Assembly: GCF_001949145.1 (NCBI RefSeq)
Contig: NW_019091358.1
Span: forward strand, 2,970,535-3,034,534
Length of the DNA stretch: 64,000 nucleotides
Direction: 5' to 3'
Source: Acanthaster planci
Lineage: Eukaryota
The notes under the pieces were generated by a model. It saw only the letters and a program-made list of their open reading frames with translations, was not told the origin of the DNA and ran no database searches. The position numbers and the translations under genes are program-made. Of the stretch, positions 11,797-25,790 are shown in pieces (position 1 is the first letter of the stretch; each line of letters opens with the position of its first letter).

Positions 11797-14700
11797 GTTT
11801 TTGGCCTGTGAATGAAAACAAAAAGCGAAACAAAATAGCTTTGCCGCAGGTCAAGAAATGGCACTCAAACACTTGCTGGGAGAGTCACTTACATACATAG
11901 ACTATGTTTTTGTCACTAGGGGCTGATGATTTGCTCAGAGTGAAGGAGACAGAGCTGGTGCCCAGGAGTGAGGTGTGCGGTTAGCTGGCAAAGGAGTACA
12001 GCCAACACACTGAGACAGCTGAGCCATATATCATGCAGCCCTTCCCCCCCCCACTCACACACAAGTCTCCGGTTGTCCTGGTTAATCAGTCAGGTCCCTC
12101 GGGCAGGGTATCCAGCCTGCAGATCTGGGCTATCTAGCATCCCCCCTCCTTCTTTGCAAGGGGGGGGGGACTTAGCATTGTAATGAACCAGTGTTTCCCT
12201 CGTGGCAAATAGGAATCAGCGTCAGGAGACCACTGACAAGCTGATCCAAGTCCTCCCCCCCACCCCTTCCCAATCTCCCCTAGGGAACCACACTCCTGCA
12301 GGAAACCAGGAAATACCTTGCAGGAGGAAAGGTATCCAAGACCACCTCAAATCACTACAGGATGAAGCAATGGTTAGCGGCAAAGAGCTCTGACATCCTG
12401 ATGCCCTGTCAGAGTCAATTTTCAGCTTCATTAGATCCCCCCCGCTCCCCTAACCAAGGGAAGATAAAGGGAGAGAAAGGGGGGAAAAAAGCCCTTCCCT
12501 CAAGTGTAAATGCTCAACTTTTTGGGACACAATTTATGGCAGGGTGGAAGAGAGAACGGAGGTTGTATGCCAAAGTGGGCAAGAGAAAAGCATCAGTCAT
12601 CGGTTAGAGAGGTATGCACGCACATATAGACAGGATGGAGGGGGAGGGAGTCTGGGGTGGGGAGAGAGAGAAAGAGAAAGGTTGCGGAGCGTACTTCCTG
12701 GCGGTAACACCCATCACTACACGCCCTGGTGAGCTCACTCTGCCAGTTATTGGGGGGGGGGCCCAGAGGAGTCAACTGTAATTTCCTTACAATTACACAG
12801 GCAAGGAGTGATGCATGAGGCCACTCGATGGAAATGAGTAACTTACCTGCTGACCTGGAATTGACCCAAGTTGGGTGAGGTTCGTTTTTGGAGGATTTTA
12901 TTTCACAACAGAAACAGAAGTTTTGACAGGACTGGTTGGACGATGTCTTAATAAAAAGAGAGAAGGATGATGTACAAGTGTACATGTAGTTTACAGTTAC
13001 AAGCTAAAAGAAAGCCAAGATTTGAATGTTTGGGGATGTTGTCCGTCAGCTGCATGAACATTCCTGTACAGATACAGTTCATGTTGTGAGGTTTGCTGTC
13101 GCGAGGGAATGCATTTATTCACTGTCCCTGTGGCGCATGTGCTACATGTCGGGACTGTTTGTAGAGCATTTCCAGGTTTCACTTTAAGGTGCTTCATCAT
13201 GGTAAACTGTGTTATTGCGTGCATGTACTAGGCTCAAAAGTCGTAGATTGGTCATCTATTAACAGACTTATTCGTTTACGGTGAGCAGTGTTCATATAGC
13301 ATAAAGAGTGTGCCTTCTAGGGATCACTGGAACGGATGATAAGATTAGGTTGTTTGTACAAGATCCAGCAGGCCTATTACATGACATGTCATGTCTGGTT
13401 AGAGAGTTAATCAGCATTCTCTCCCAGGGTATGTAACAAACTAACCCAGGGTGGTATGGGATTTTGACTGTGTCTTGTGATTAAGCAGCAGGCAAGCTTA
13501 TATGCCAGACGCGCGGAAACACTCTTTGGCTCAATACCATGCTTGCCTAATGACGGATCCACTCATTAAAATACATGGGGATAGAGGGGTCATGGCCCTG
13601 CGTGTTACTGTGTGCCCCTATTATTTCAGTGAGCCTGGACCCTCCTTTCCCATGCCTCATATTGATTATTGATCAACAGTTGTCACGCTTTCCTGGTTTT
13701 GAAAAACCGATCGTTTGCTCTTCTGAATGGCTGAAAGTTACTCAGTTCAATGAATCATGGGGAAAAATTACTCTAGCAAGATGTTGGCGAAACATCAGAA
13801 TCGAGCCGGTGACAAACATGGGGTGTGCACATGAGAGAGCAGATGCTTGTCCGATTTCACTTCTCCAGCTAGGCCTCGTGATCACATTGATGGAGCTGGA
13901 AATGAAATAGTGATGGTAGACACTTGTTATCCAGTGGGTTACTTTTTGGGAGGGGGGGATAGATGAGCTGTCAGTCCCTAGACTGTCATATCCTTTGAAT
14001 ATCACAACAGTCATCAACAGCTGAATGTTGTCAGTGATGTCTGTCTTGGGCTTCTCACAAATTCAGATAGACAGGATGGGAAGTAAGAACTACACAGTCC
14101 ATTCCATTTTGCAACATGCAGCAACATAGTATCTGTTGATCACATGACAGGAGAACATGCGCATAGGACAGTCACAGCTTACAGTACATCTCATAAATAT
14201 TCAGAATGTACATGCATGTACCTTGACATGGCCGTTGATCAAATAAGCCATGTGCGAGTTAAATTTGAATAAAATCTGGTACACTGAGCTATTTGATTGC
14301 GCACAAACGTAACAATTTTAATTCCACAGGCTAAAGACGCTGTTGCTATACCTCGTGGTTTGGGGCAAGCTTTTGCATAGCGACCACCATCTCTGGAATG
14401 GACTGGTTCCTTTGTGCCCTTCCTATCCATTGGGGAATAGTGTATTGTTGCAGGGCATCTCTTATGTAACTAAGCAAAAGCTTGCCCCGAATCATGAGGT
14501 ATAGCAACATTGTTTTTAGTATGGAGAATTTAAATTGTTATGTTCCCCGTGAATTAAAAGAACTCAGAGTACCAGATTTAATTCAAAGGTCACTCGCAAA
14601 AGGCTTTTTGCTGTGACGTGCATGGAAATAGATTTTCAAACCATAAATGCTGTGCCGCTGTTCTGTGATAACAATCGGCACTGTTTACTTTCTTGCTACC

Positions 14701-17179
14701 CCACCCATTCACAAAATGCAGAAATGACATTTTAACCAGATGTTTCAGCCGTTCGTCAATCAGTTTGCTGCCATTGTGTGCAGGTGACTCATAGAATCTA
14801 TACAAAGTATATGTGCATGTTTCGCAGCAAATTGCTGAAAGTGTGCAAAGGTCGATTCTCTGCTCTTTGAGTAAATGAACGTTGCATGCTGTATTTCAAA
14901 CAAACTGACTGGGCATATATATAATATGTTCTTCAGCATTTGAATCGGACCTAGTCCTCTTGTAAGTCTAATGAAAGAACTGCCAAACCATGTCCTCAAA
15001 CCTTGTAACATTGAAAATGTAAGGGCAAACTTGAAAACCAGTGAGCTTTCCATGGATGATTTTTTTGTTCAGGAAAGAATAATATCATGCTCCATCAACA
15101 CATAGAGACACCGGGATGACAGACAACCCATTGGTGCCCAGTATTCAGTGCCCGCATAAATCCACTCCGAGTGGAACAAAAGAGGGCTTTTTTTTTTTTT
15201 TTGGTACTCACTGCGTAGGTGTGCAAGTATATGCGTGTTTGATGCAGAGCACACTGAGTACGCATAGCTAATTTATGCCGGCTTGTGTGGTTTTTTGTGT
15301 ACATGCAGAACGCGTGCAAGAACTCGCTCGTAACCACCTGTCTTTCTTTCGTCGATGGGGGGGTGCACTTCGTGTATCCTACATTTTTATGTTCATGAAG
15401 GGAACAAAGGATGTTCCCCTGTCCTCTGTAGTCAGTCTGTTGTCTTCAGTGGACGGTGCCTGTGCTCTGTGGTAGGGTGTTACATTGTGGGAACAGTTGG
15501 AAATGCATTGCCCTCTCCTCAGTGTTATACACATCGTAAAAACTTGACTGGTTGAAATAACATGTGCATGCTTTGGACTAGGCAAGCCCATGCATTCAGT
15601 GTGTTACCTCATAACACAGATTGGTACCTATTGAATACCAAAGTGAATGCCACATTCACAATTATGAGTGTAAAAGGAACCGGTGATTGAACCAACATAT
15701 GTGCATATTCCATTCACTTGTGCGGCACTTCCTGGTTCTATATAATATCACACTTTAGTACTCTATTGTGAAAATTTTCCTCTCTCCAGCAATGTTACAT
15801 GTAAGTTTTGTAAAAAAAGGAAAAAAAAGAAACAAACTCAGGTTTGCGAACCCACGCATTTTGTTGTTTTCCTGTCGACACACTCCGGTGCTGGGGACGC
15901 TCCTCGATCCAGCCAGATGTCATGGGCAGACCCCCATCTCTTCCAGAAAGAAACATGCCACAATTCAGCACCCCATTGAAGATGACACGTGCATGTGTCA
16001 TCATTGACCTTAGCTCTGTCAAAAAGTCACCTGTAAGAACCAGAGTCTATGATTGTTTCATGGCACTGATTGAATTAGCCCTCGTCTTGGAAGGGAGGAC
16101 AGTATTGGGTCACAGCAAATCTCCTTGCCACATGTTTCCACTTTGAGGACAAAATTGGCTGTCATTTTCAGTTGGACCTGCACATGTAATCAAAGCTGGG
16201 AATTTTTTTCCTAATGTGAAAAGGTGTTTACAGGTGTTCCACTTAAGAAAACAGACTGTCCCAATTATTTGCAGCTTTGTTAACTTTGTTATTGTGCATA
16301 AGCCCAAATAGTTTAATGTCCAGGAAACAGACAGGTTTGTAGACATCCCGTTCACTTGAGGGGATTTCAATTAAGTACATTGCAAGTGGCACATTTCAAG
16401 GATCCCGTTACCTAATTTTTTTAAAGTGCAATGTCACGGACCTTCATGCGTGGTGTCTGGCATTCCATTCTGACTTGTTTCATGGGAACGGTTTCCCATA
16501 AGGTGCTTCAGTATCATCCTGTGGCGAGCCTAAGAAAAAAAACGTTGGGAAATGCCTTTCAAATGTCAAATTCCAAGGTTTTCTTGGTTTTGTACATGAA
16601 TAACCCCCTTGACAGAAAGAGAGATATGACAGAAAGCCATGACTATGCAGATGTCATGTGGTACTAGTCATGCTCATTCCAATGAGAATTTATCACGTGT
16701 ATTCTGTGTTTGGCTAGGCTTGTCTCAGCATAGTGTGCTGTTTTGTTTAATTTTGGTTAAAAAGTTGTCCTTTGTAATTGCTGTTTTTCTGAAAACTGTA
16801 TATCTAATATCTTTTTTATAATGTCACTAATCATGTACACTTTGGCGACACAGCCATGACACAAACAATAATGATAACATTGCATAAATTACATGTCCTC
16901 ATACAGACATCCATGCATGTTGTGACAATGGAGGACAGCGCATGTCCTAGTTTCTCAGTTATGTTTTATTAGTAGAGAAACATCAGTCAGCCTGTATCCA
17001 GTCAGTCCAACAATGGAGAGCATTCAATTTCATTCAAGCATTGTAGACCTACAATCAGTTTCTATAGATCTCAGAGACAAAGACATCTTCAGACATCTTC
17101 CTTTACTTCCTTCAACTGTCTTTGAATGTGTCAAACCAGCCAGCTGACCCTGACAAGTTCAGTGACATCAGCACTTGTA

Positions 17180-17270
17180 AGCAGGTCATGGGTTTAATTC
17201 CACCCAGGCAAGCTCGTGATATTGTTTTTCTCACAAGTTCTCGGGAAGCACCAAGCATGCAGTGCTCTAT
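17180..17270 (+). mobile_element. Degenerate tRNA-derived SINE fragment
   Basis: ggtcatgggtttaattccaccc resembles a B-box arm. A similar gtcatgggttcaaaa occurs at about 48752. Confidence 0.35.
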
Positions 17271-17389
17271 CAAATGTTAAGTTGTCAAAGGGCACTTCAG
17301 ATGTTAAATTAAGAGCCTTACTCGTTGTTTAGTTTAGTATATGCTCATTGGACCCCTACAGTCTGAGATTTTAAACAAAGTGAGTCTAA

Positions 17390-17548
17390 AGATCGGTTCA
17401 TACTTGTCAAAAAAGCAAATATGAATGCAATTTTATGTTGTCACTGAGATGTGCGCTGCAAATTTGCAAAATATAGCATATTTCAACTCATGCAAATTTC
17501 ACTGCAAACTTTAAGTTTGCTTCTTTTTACTGAAGCGTGAACTGTCCT
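17390..17548. mobile_element. Old MITE, PIF/Harbinger-like
   Basis: Imperfect TIRs agatcggttcatactt and aagcgtgaactgtcct, flanked by TAA and TCA. Confidence 0.45.
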
Positions 17549-19302
17549 TCAAGCCGTTTTTGTGAAGGTAATTTGTGGTTCAGTTTTCACCACAAAAAGC
17601 AACCTAAACTCTTTATCATGTATCGCACAGTTTGGCATCGTAATGGAAATGGATGTTAATATGAGGTGAAATGGTTTGAGGGCTCCTGACGGATTTCACC
17701 GTGCAAGATTCTTTTGTTGGCTTGCAGCTCATAAATGGTAACTTGCATTTTGTGATAAAGAAAAATGTCAAGCACAACCTGTTGAGTATAATACCATCAC
17801 TGGCAGAGGAGAAACTTCATTGTAGTTGACTGGTTTTGTAGCAATTGCTTGCCTCGTTTTTCGGGTGACATTTAACGTACCAGACCCAGTAAAAGGCTGT
17901 GATCCTGCCTCTGAGGCATCCCCGTGATTGGCTCCTCTATCAACGGCAATCACATTTGGCTCTATATTTCCTGTTTATTCCCCCGTGCAGTTGATGAACG
18001 CCGTTCTCTTTCTCATTCCCCCCCCCATCCCTCATCTATTCTTGGATCCTGCCTGCCTACAGACAGACGCATGTTAAATAGTCTAATCAAATTGTGTTAT
18101 CAAGGCTTTGCAGATACCTGTTAGTAGCAGACATGTATTTCTCCAACCTTGACCTCAGGCACAGACCCCGATATTCCACTTAGAAAAATAAAAGTGAGGC
18201 AAAGAGAATGGTTTATGGATGAAAAAAAAAGAAGAAAATGCAGCAATTAAGATCTGCCTCAACTTTACATAACTTGCTGAAATGGCATCATTTGCTGTGG
18301 CATCTCCTATCTAAATTTAGCTGGCCCTTCGACGGGAACTTGTCCCACTGCTGAAAAATGTGACACTTTGTCACAAAAGCCTTTAACTGGACAAGGGTTG
18401 ATCCCTAGTAATGTATTCGTCAGAAATTTTTGCTGGTGTAGGCCTATATGTTATGATACAAAGTGCAACATTGTAAAAACTGCTTCAGGCATGCAAGTTG
18501 TCAGATTTGTACTCAATTTTCTATTGGTCTTCTCTTGTTTTTTCTTTATTTCGAAGTTTGGGGCTAACAGAAAGGATTGTCATATCATTTTAAGCAATAA
18601 ATGTTATGGTAACTGAGGGCGAGATGGCACCTCAGCAAAATCTGACAAAATATGGCACACTCGTTTCCTCAGTACACTATAGGTTGATAGAACCTCTGTC
18701 AAAAACAAGAGTTATTCTTTCTCACCACAGGGCAGCATCATTTGATTGCTCCCAAAGACCAGTCAGTTGGTTTATGCTTTATTATTAGCATCAAAGAGTG
18801 TTGGTACCCTGCTTAAGCAGGTTACTTGTCAAGTTGTCGTGTTAAGTACGTTATTGGTCATGAATTGTTCCCAGCTACCTGTTGCTTTGGAAATAAATTT
18901 CCTGAACACTGAAACCTGCTCAACAACTTTATGAAATGGTCCCATTCCGTCCTGCAACTGTAACCAGAGTTTTTGTTTTGTAAGTAATACTGACAGCACA
19001 ATATTTAATTTTCCAGATGCGCGGATGCACAGATTTGCGGGTGACCACATCAATCCCCGCCAGGAATTTTTGTTCATCTTTTTGGGGGGGGGGAGTTGGT
19101 TATAAGGTTTGCAGGAAGGAAACGTTATCATCCAGGCATCTTTATTTTATCTTTTTCTTCATGACCTAGATAAAAACTGATTGATTTGCATTAAAAAAAA
19201 CCCAAATTAGAGTTATTCTCTGAGTGATAAATCTGTGTTCAAATTTGCCAATTTCTTTTATGTTTTATTCATTTATTTTTTGCTTCCTAAATTTTCCTCC
19301 AG

Positions 19303-19473
19303 ACACTTCTTCGTGTCCTTTGCCTCCGCCAGTTCGGACATTTCCTCACCACCGTCAAAGACTTGAGTTTTGTGCACGACGACAAGCACAAGGCTTTCCA
19401 TGTACCATCAAGTGAGGATGTTGTTGACTTGCAGGATGCAAGCACAGAGTCAGAGGAGATGGAGACAAAGCCT
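19303..19473 (+). CDS. SMG5: SMG5 coding exon: TLLRVLCLRQFGHFLTTVKDLSFVHDDKHKAFHVPSSEDVVDLQDASTESEEMETKP
   Basis: Long pyrimidine tract ending ttttcctccag, donor |gtaagt, phase 0 to 0. RVLCLRQFGHF matches SMG5 RICCIRSFGHF. Confidence 0.92.
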
Positions 19474-22400
19474 GTAAGTTATGGATCAGTTTATTTTCCC
19501 GTGACTTTTTGTTTCGGTGTTGGACCCCATTTCTTCCCTGCTACAGAAGTAATCAAGGGAAGAAGCTTAATTAAAGAATGCATTCAAGTTAAAGTGAAAA
19601 TGTAAAGTGGAAAGCGTCAGGGTTGGAGTTGAGCCCAACACAGGTCCTTTCACAAGCCCTTATACAAGTCGGTCACAAGATCAGCCACAGGAAACAAGAT
19701 GAACAACGACAAAAGAATGCTTTTGTCACAGTTTATATGAATAGCTCATGACTTGGCTTGGGACTGTGTGACTTGTAACGATCTGTTAGCGGACTCAACC
19801 ACAGTGCTGATTTGTTCAGCTCTGATTGAAATGAATGGTGTGTACCAACAGGCAACGTAACAGGCTGCCTCACTCTGTGTCAAGCTCCAGCATTTCTGCA
19901 GAATCTGTGGTTTCAGAGTCTCCAGAGTTTCAGAGTTTTGTACGGTCTGCACTCAATTACCGGTAGCTTTGACCGTCTTTATTGGAACTGAAGTTTCCCT
20001 AGACTCGGCAAATTTGTAGGCTGATTTTACACTTCTATGTTGCCTAGAACCAAGTGGAGACATTTTGTTGTTTTATGCTTGGCCGGCCAACCTATCAGAT
20101 TGGCCGAGAAACACAAAGAGATTCAACCCCATGTCACAAGCTGAACAATTGGATATGTTGTCTCCTGAACAATGGGATGTGCTTGATGTCTCGTGTTGTG
20201 ACAAGTCCTGGGTTCATTCATCACGTTGCAAGCTACACTCGCCTGCAATTTGGAAACTGTGTCTCCCTGTTCTCTCCTCGGACTAGAGCTTGGAGATTGA
20301 GCAGGTGTGAAGCTCATAATGTTTTATTTTATTTGTTAACTTTTTCTGCAGCCACTCAGTTTGAGGTGTGAGCAGTCCTATTTAGGGCATAATCCCCTTA
20401 GACCTTTCAGGGAAATACGACTTGTTTCAACCCAAAGATGATTGGTAGTGAGTCCTCTTTGTTGTGATATTCCAATATCCCTCAGCAATCGAATCTGTTG
20501 CATTTGATATTTTTATAGAATTCCATCTGAAAAAGTATAAAATGGGTGCTGGGTGTTATTGCTCCACAAATGAGATGTAGCTGCTCCGGCTCCAAACCTT
20601 TTCCAACCAAACCTCACCTTTGTAGCATTTAACTCCCATTTTACATCCTAATTATTTGTATATTAATTTGCATGGTAATATTAAGATTAACTAATTTACA
20701 TATTTACACAATGTACATATATCAATAAATTATTAACCCACACCCACCCAAACTTTGTAAACACCACCAGGCTTGAACCCACGTCTTTGCTGACAAATTG
20801 TGGATTTTGTAGAGTCGTTGTCACGTGAAGCATAGGGATAGATTTTCAGATGAGTTATTACAGAATGTCCTGCAGAGGACCAGATCTCTGACTATGCTTG
20901 AACTTATTCACTTTGATTGTTGTAGCCAGCAGCCAATATTGTTTGCTCTACCATGGCCCTAAATCGCACATTACTGATGCACCATTTTGATTCCCCACCA
21001 ATCTTCAGACGCTGAGCACACACACAAACAGCCCAAGTACACACAGGCACCTCCAATATACACACAGGGGGGAACAGTTACAATGACTCAACACAGCTAT
21101 CTGTGTCATTTATCTTATCACCACAAAGTAATAACTAAACTCACTGTGAGAAAGAGAGATATAGATTGAGTTGAAGGGGGAGGGAATGGTACTGGAAAGC
21201 TGTCAATATTAACACAGCGATAATAGCCAAGTGCCAAGTAGGGGCATAGATAAAAACCTGCGCAAACAGGCTGAAGTGGTGTCCACTCCCCAGGTGTGTG
21301 TTTGTCTGAGGGGGGGTTGTTTGTTAATGGTTAAACTGATTTGGTAGAGGTCACAATGCAGGTTTTTTTTTTTCCACACACTGCCAGTAAACAAACACAT
21401 CTAGAGAGCTCAGGTGTTGTAATTTTGCCCCCCCCTTTTTTTTTAATCTACCCTCTTACAAATTTTTTTGATATCTGATCTGTGAACCTTGATTGGCTGT
21501 AATGAGATGTTGAACTGGGTTATGAGTTAGAGGGGTAAACATTTGTTTGGCGATTACAGCATAATGGTGTTGTTTTGATGTGGATTCAATTCCCCTTTGG
21601 TAGCCCTACCCCTCATCCAGCGGTCAGTTCTCGTACAAAGAGAACTTTGCCAGATCATCTGTAATATTTTCGAGCATTCGTCCTGGTGATGTAGTAGTAG
21701 ATTCATTTTTTATAGGGGGGTGGGTTGGTGGAGTGGACGTTTGTTAACGGACTACCATAATCATGCTCATCCAGTTTGTCATTGAATAGGGGTAGGATAT
21801 CCCTCCGATTTTTAATATCTGAAGGTTTAATGCCCCTCCCTAGGAAAAAAAACTGATAGGAGAAAAGTGAAATAGTCCTTTGTTGACTGGTTGATTTGAA
21901 GGAAACAGATTTTCCTGTCTCTTGACCTAGGGCAGAGCTTACAGCCCAAAGTAGTGGGTTCCCTGGCTCTCTTCAAGAGCTCACCTGCCCACAATTAAAA
22001 GCAATTTACCCTACCGCATGGGCCCAGTACTTTCTCTACAGAGCAGACGTTCATGTGCATGTACATGTATTACCCCTGACCAGCTTGGTCATAGACATTA
22101 CCAGCTCATACACAGCCACTGCACCATTTTACACGTTGTTATTACCAATTGAATGCACAATAACCAGATAATGCCTTGACAAATATTTGTAATGATGTTC
22201 TTGAGTAGGGGAGAAGCAAGTGGGGAGCATAAGCTGTGCCCCTACTGGATTTTTTTTTTTCAAGGGTTTTACCGAGCCGAAGATAAAATGAAAAGTGTTT
22301 AAAAGGGACCACTGTCTGCACTTGGACTTTCGACATGGGACAATTTTACCAAGACCGCAGGGAGAAGTAACCAACAATCAGTACAGTGACTTATGAGAGC

Positions 22401-22864
22401 GCTTTGCATGACCGTTCTGCATTTGTTTTCGTCCATCAACACAATGTTGCCATCTGGAAATGGTGCACTTGTGTCACACCAGTTAAACTTCCAGCTGTAT
22501 CAATATTAACTCTGCCGTGACTGAGCCCAAAAGAGGAACAGTGCCCTGGAAATACTGGCCACGTGCCGCACCGCAGTGAAACGTGAAATGCACATGGGCA
22601 GTTTCCCATGCTGCTTTGCTTGGAGGGGATGAACCGTTACACTCTGCTGAGTTGCTTTTTTCCATGCTTTTCCCGACTCGCACTGTCCACACCATTGGAC
22701 TTTCCATCCCAGGGAAAGTGTAAAAAATAACTGCACGGCTCAGTAAAAATAACCAAGATTAAAGCTTCCTGGAATATCCAAACTGGACTTTAAATGGAAA
22801 GAGTAACCATCGGTCTTGGTAAGTTTGGCCCAAAAAAGACCAGTCCTAGCAGGGCTATGATAAA

Positions 22865-23038
22865 CAGGGTGAGATTTCTTAGCTTTTCAGCTGATTTCAG
22901 CTTTTTTGGTTTTGGATTTCATCTTTTTTTCCTCACTGGCTGTGTGCAAAAGTGTAGGAGATTTCCACAGTTCAGCTTCTTTTTGTCTTTTTTTCAGCTG
23001 TTTTCAGCTATTTCTATCATTGGTCAATCTCATCCCTG
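22865..23038. mobile_element. MITE with CAGGG termini
   Basis: TIRs cagggtgagatt and aatctcatccctg, internal ttcagct subrepeats, GATAAA duplicated on both flanks. Confidence 0.7.
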
Positions 23039-23169
23039 GATAAAGTGCCTTGCTTTGAACCTCCGATCTTTGATATACTGCCAGATGGGAAGTTGAAATG
23101 TGAAAAAAAAAAATGGTTGTGTTGCTAAGCAACGTAACATTATTATGTGTTGGGATTCAGTCTCTCCCC

Positions 23170-23335
23170 TCGCCCACCTGATCTGTGATCATCTGCCAGG
23201 TGGGAAAATGTGTGAAATACATTGAAGTGCCTTGCTCAGGTACAGAATGGCATATGTAGGGACTTGAACCCCAAAATCTTTAATGCTTTGTGAATGCCAT
23301 GTTCATGCATATCGCAGACTCCTCTACCATGAGGC
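23170..23335 (-). mobile_element. Degenerate tRNA-derived (CORE-like) SINE
   Basis: aagtgccttgctcagg...gggacttgaaccc on the + strand is the reverse complement of a B box plus a CORE-like ccttgggcaag-type segment. Confidence 0.45.
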
Positions 23336-25589
23336 GTTATTTACCACACCTCAAGTTGAAGCCAAATAGGTTACATGAATAAATTATCCATAAATCACAA
23401 CGTGGTGCCCTTCATGTAAGTGTGACCCATGCCAAATGTTGCCATCTATGATCTGAATTAACTAGGCTAAGTTGAATAAGTAAACAAGAAGGCTCCCAAC
23501 AGACTATGCAGTTACCTATTGGTCCCTTTCAAAGCCTCCTGCTCAGCAACCACCCTTGCCTATCAGCAATGACCCGCTTTTTTCTTCCTTATCAAATCAC
23601 CAGTGCCCTCAAATAAGAAGTATTTTATTTGCATCTTGCACAATGTAGTGCAAATATTTTCCCTGTGTCAGGCTGGGAGCAGTCAATTCTTAATTTATCA
23701 CGACAGATTACAGCTCCACTTGTTTACCACCTTTAATCGGATGTCTTTTTCTTTTCTTATCTGCTCCCCGTCAGCTTTGCCCCAAATTAGGACAAGATAA
23801 AATGTCTGTAGTGAAAAGGCTTGCCGACACTGACCAAATATTGGCACAGTTATTGGGCTAGATTCTTCCTGTGAAGAGGCCCCATTTGAAGTTCACAGTT
23901 CAGTTGAAATTACAGCAAATAATGGGATTTCCAAGTGGGCTAATGACACATTTGGATTTGCAACCCCCACCAAAAAAAATTTTTTAATTGGTTTTTCAAG
24001 TTGTTCTTTTGATATGGTGTCTTTCGTAATAAAACACTCTCAGCTGTGCCACAAAAATCATGCTAATTGCAGTTACTTAAGACAAATTTTGTTCCATTTG
24101 TTGAACTGTTCAGAACAGAATGAGAATCCAAAAATGATCCAGTTTTTAATCTTGTCAGTGGTTTAAAATGTTGCTGCTAAATAAAGACTGCAATCCAGGC
24201 TTTGTCCAGTCTCCACCTCCAAAAAAGTAACTAAATGGATGAAATATGATCTGACCCTGAAACGAAAAGCCAAAAATAAAACTAATCCCCAAAACATGCT
24301 CACCTGACAGCCATAACATAATTTTTATTCCCCGGTGATCTTTTTTTTTATTTGAGGGGGAAAACAATCTGTCGCGCCAGCACGATCACCGTCAACACTG
24401 AAATTTTCTTTTCAGGCTATGAGGGACGATGGGAGTCAAATGGAATTAATCCGGCCGGTTATTGGTATCTGTCAGTTGCTTCCCAGTGCACAAGAGACAA
24501 CAGCCAGGGTCCCCCCAATCCTGGATATCACTTGAAACTTGATGTCCTTATCCTCCCAGAACCCCCCCCAGCAATTTACTCTGAGTTAGAGACAGACTCC
24601 TGGCCTGAGGAATTCCCCAGACTCTCATCCATCCCAGCAGTCCTAGTCTGAAATTTTAATCCCAAGGTTGGCCCCTTGTGCTGACAGAAATATAATTTTT
24701 TTGGTTCCTTTTTAAAGAAAACAAATGCAGTGAGGTAGTTTATTCCAGCATGCTGTTTAGTACGTGTGCACATGAAGTTTCATGTGTGCACATGAGAGTT
24801 CAAGTAGTGTGTCTGCTGCCCTCTGCGTTCAGCAAAGGGCAGATGTGTTGAAGGGACTGGCCTTGCTCACGAGTTGACCCTCATGAATTGAAAGCAAGGT
24901 GATCCCTGGAAATGTTTTCTTAAGACTTTATGAACAGAATAATGCTACAGGGGCAAAAGATTCCCATCCTTGAGTAGTTCCAATGGATAAAAAGCGGATA
25001 AAGGTTATCTTGGATGTAAAGTAATGTCATTTTTTTCACCCAAATGAAAAATATTTTTGAAAGTGAGGTTGAACCTGCAGTCCCTTATTGTTACAAAATA
25101 GTCACGCTTCTTATTTCCATATCAGAGCTTTCAATTAATAAAGCGGATTCATTGGGCTTGATCCATAATGGCCATCACCAGAAAAGGAGCCCATTTGCTG
25201 GTGAGTTGATTTGCCTGCCAAGCTGAAATTGAGGCTGATGTCAGGTACTTACCAGCAAATTAATGGTGATAATTCATTTTGTTTTCTTTTATTATATTTA
25301 TGTCTGATCATTTAACACCGTATTTAGCGCCAATTACAGGATAATAATAATGTCCTGCTGGTCATCCGTCGTTTGACCAGACACTCGGGAATCGGATTGT
25401 GGTTATTTATTGGTAAAAAAAAAATTTTGGGTCACTCTCTGGCACTCATGTATTTTAAATTCAACCATCTTGGAATGGATCAAGCAACTGCTTGTGCACC
25501 TGATCTCGTGGAATCATATGATATACTAGTACAATCAGATGTGTCAAATGTGCAAGTCTGCTAGCACCTGGTTACCCCATTTTTATAGT

Positions 25590-25790
25590 CGGTATAGTCG
25601 AGTACTTTCAGGTACTTTTTTCAACCACCAAATACTGTGTTTTTTGTTAGGAATATAGCAAGCTCAGCAGTTGCAGGCAAATGAAGTTAACGGTGGAAAG
25701 AAGCAATAAACTTCAGACCTTTAGATACATAATAAGTCTTCATTAAATTTTGTTGTGAAAGTACTCAAAAGTACTTGGCAAATACTTCCC
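25590..25790. mobile_element. Diverged copy of the hAT-like element at 42978-43400
   Basis: tagtcgagtactttc at the left end and aaagtactcaaaagtacttgg at the right end. Confidence 0.5.
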
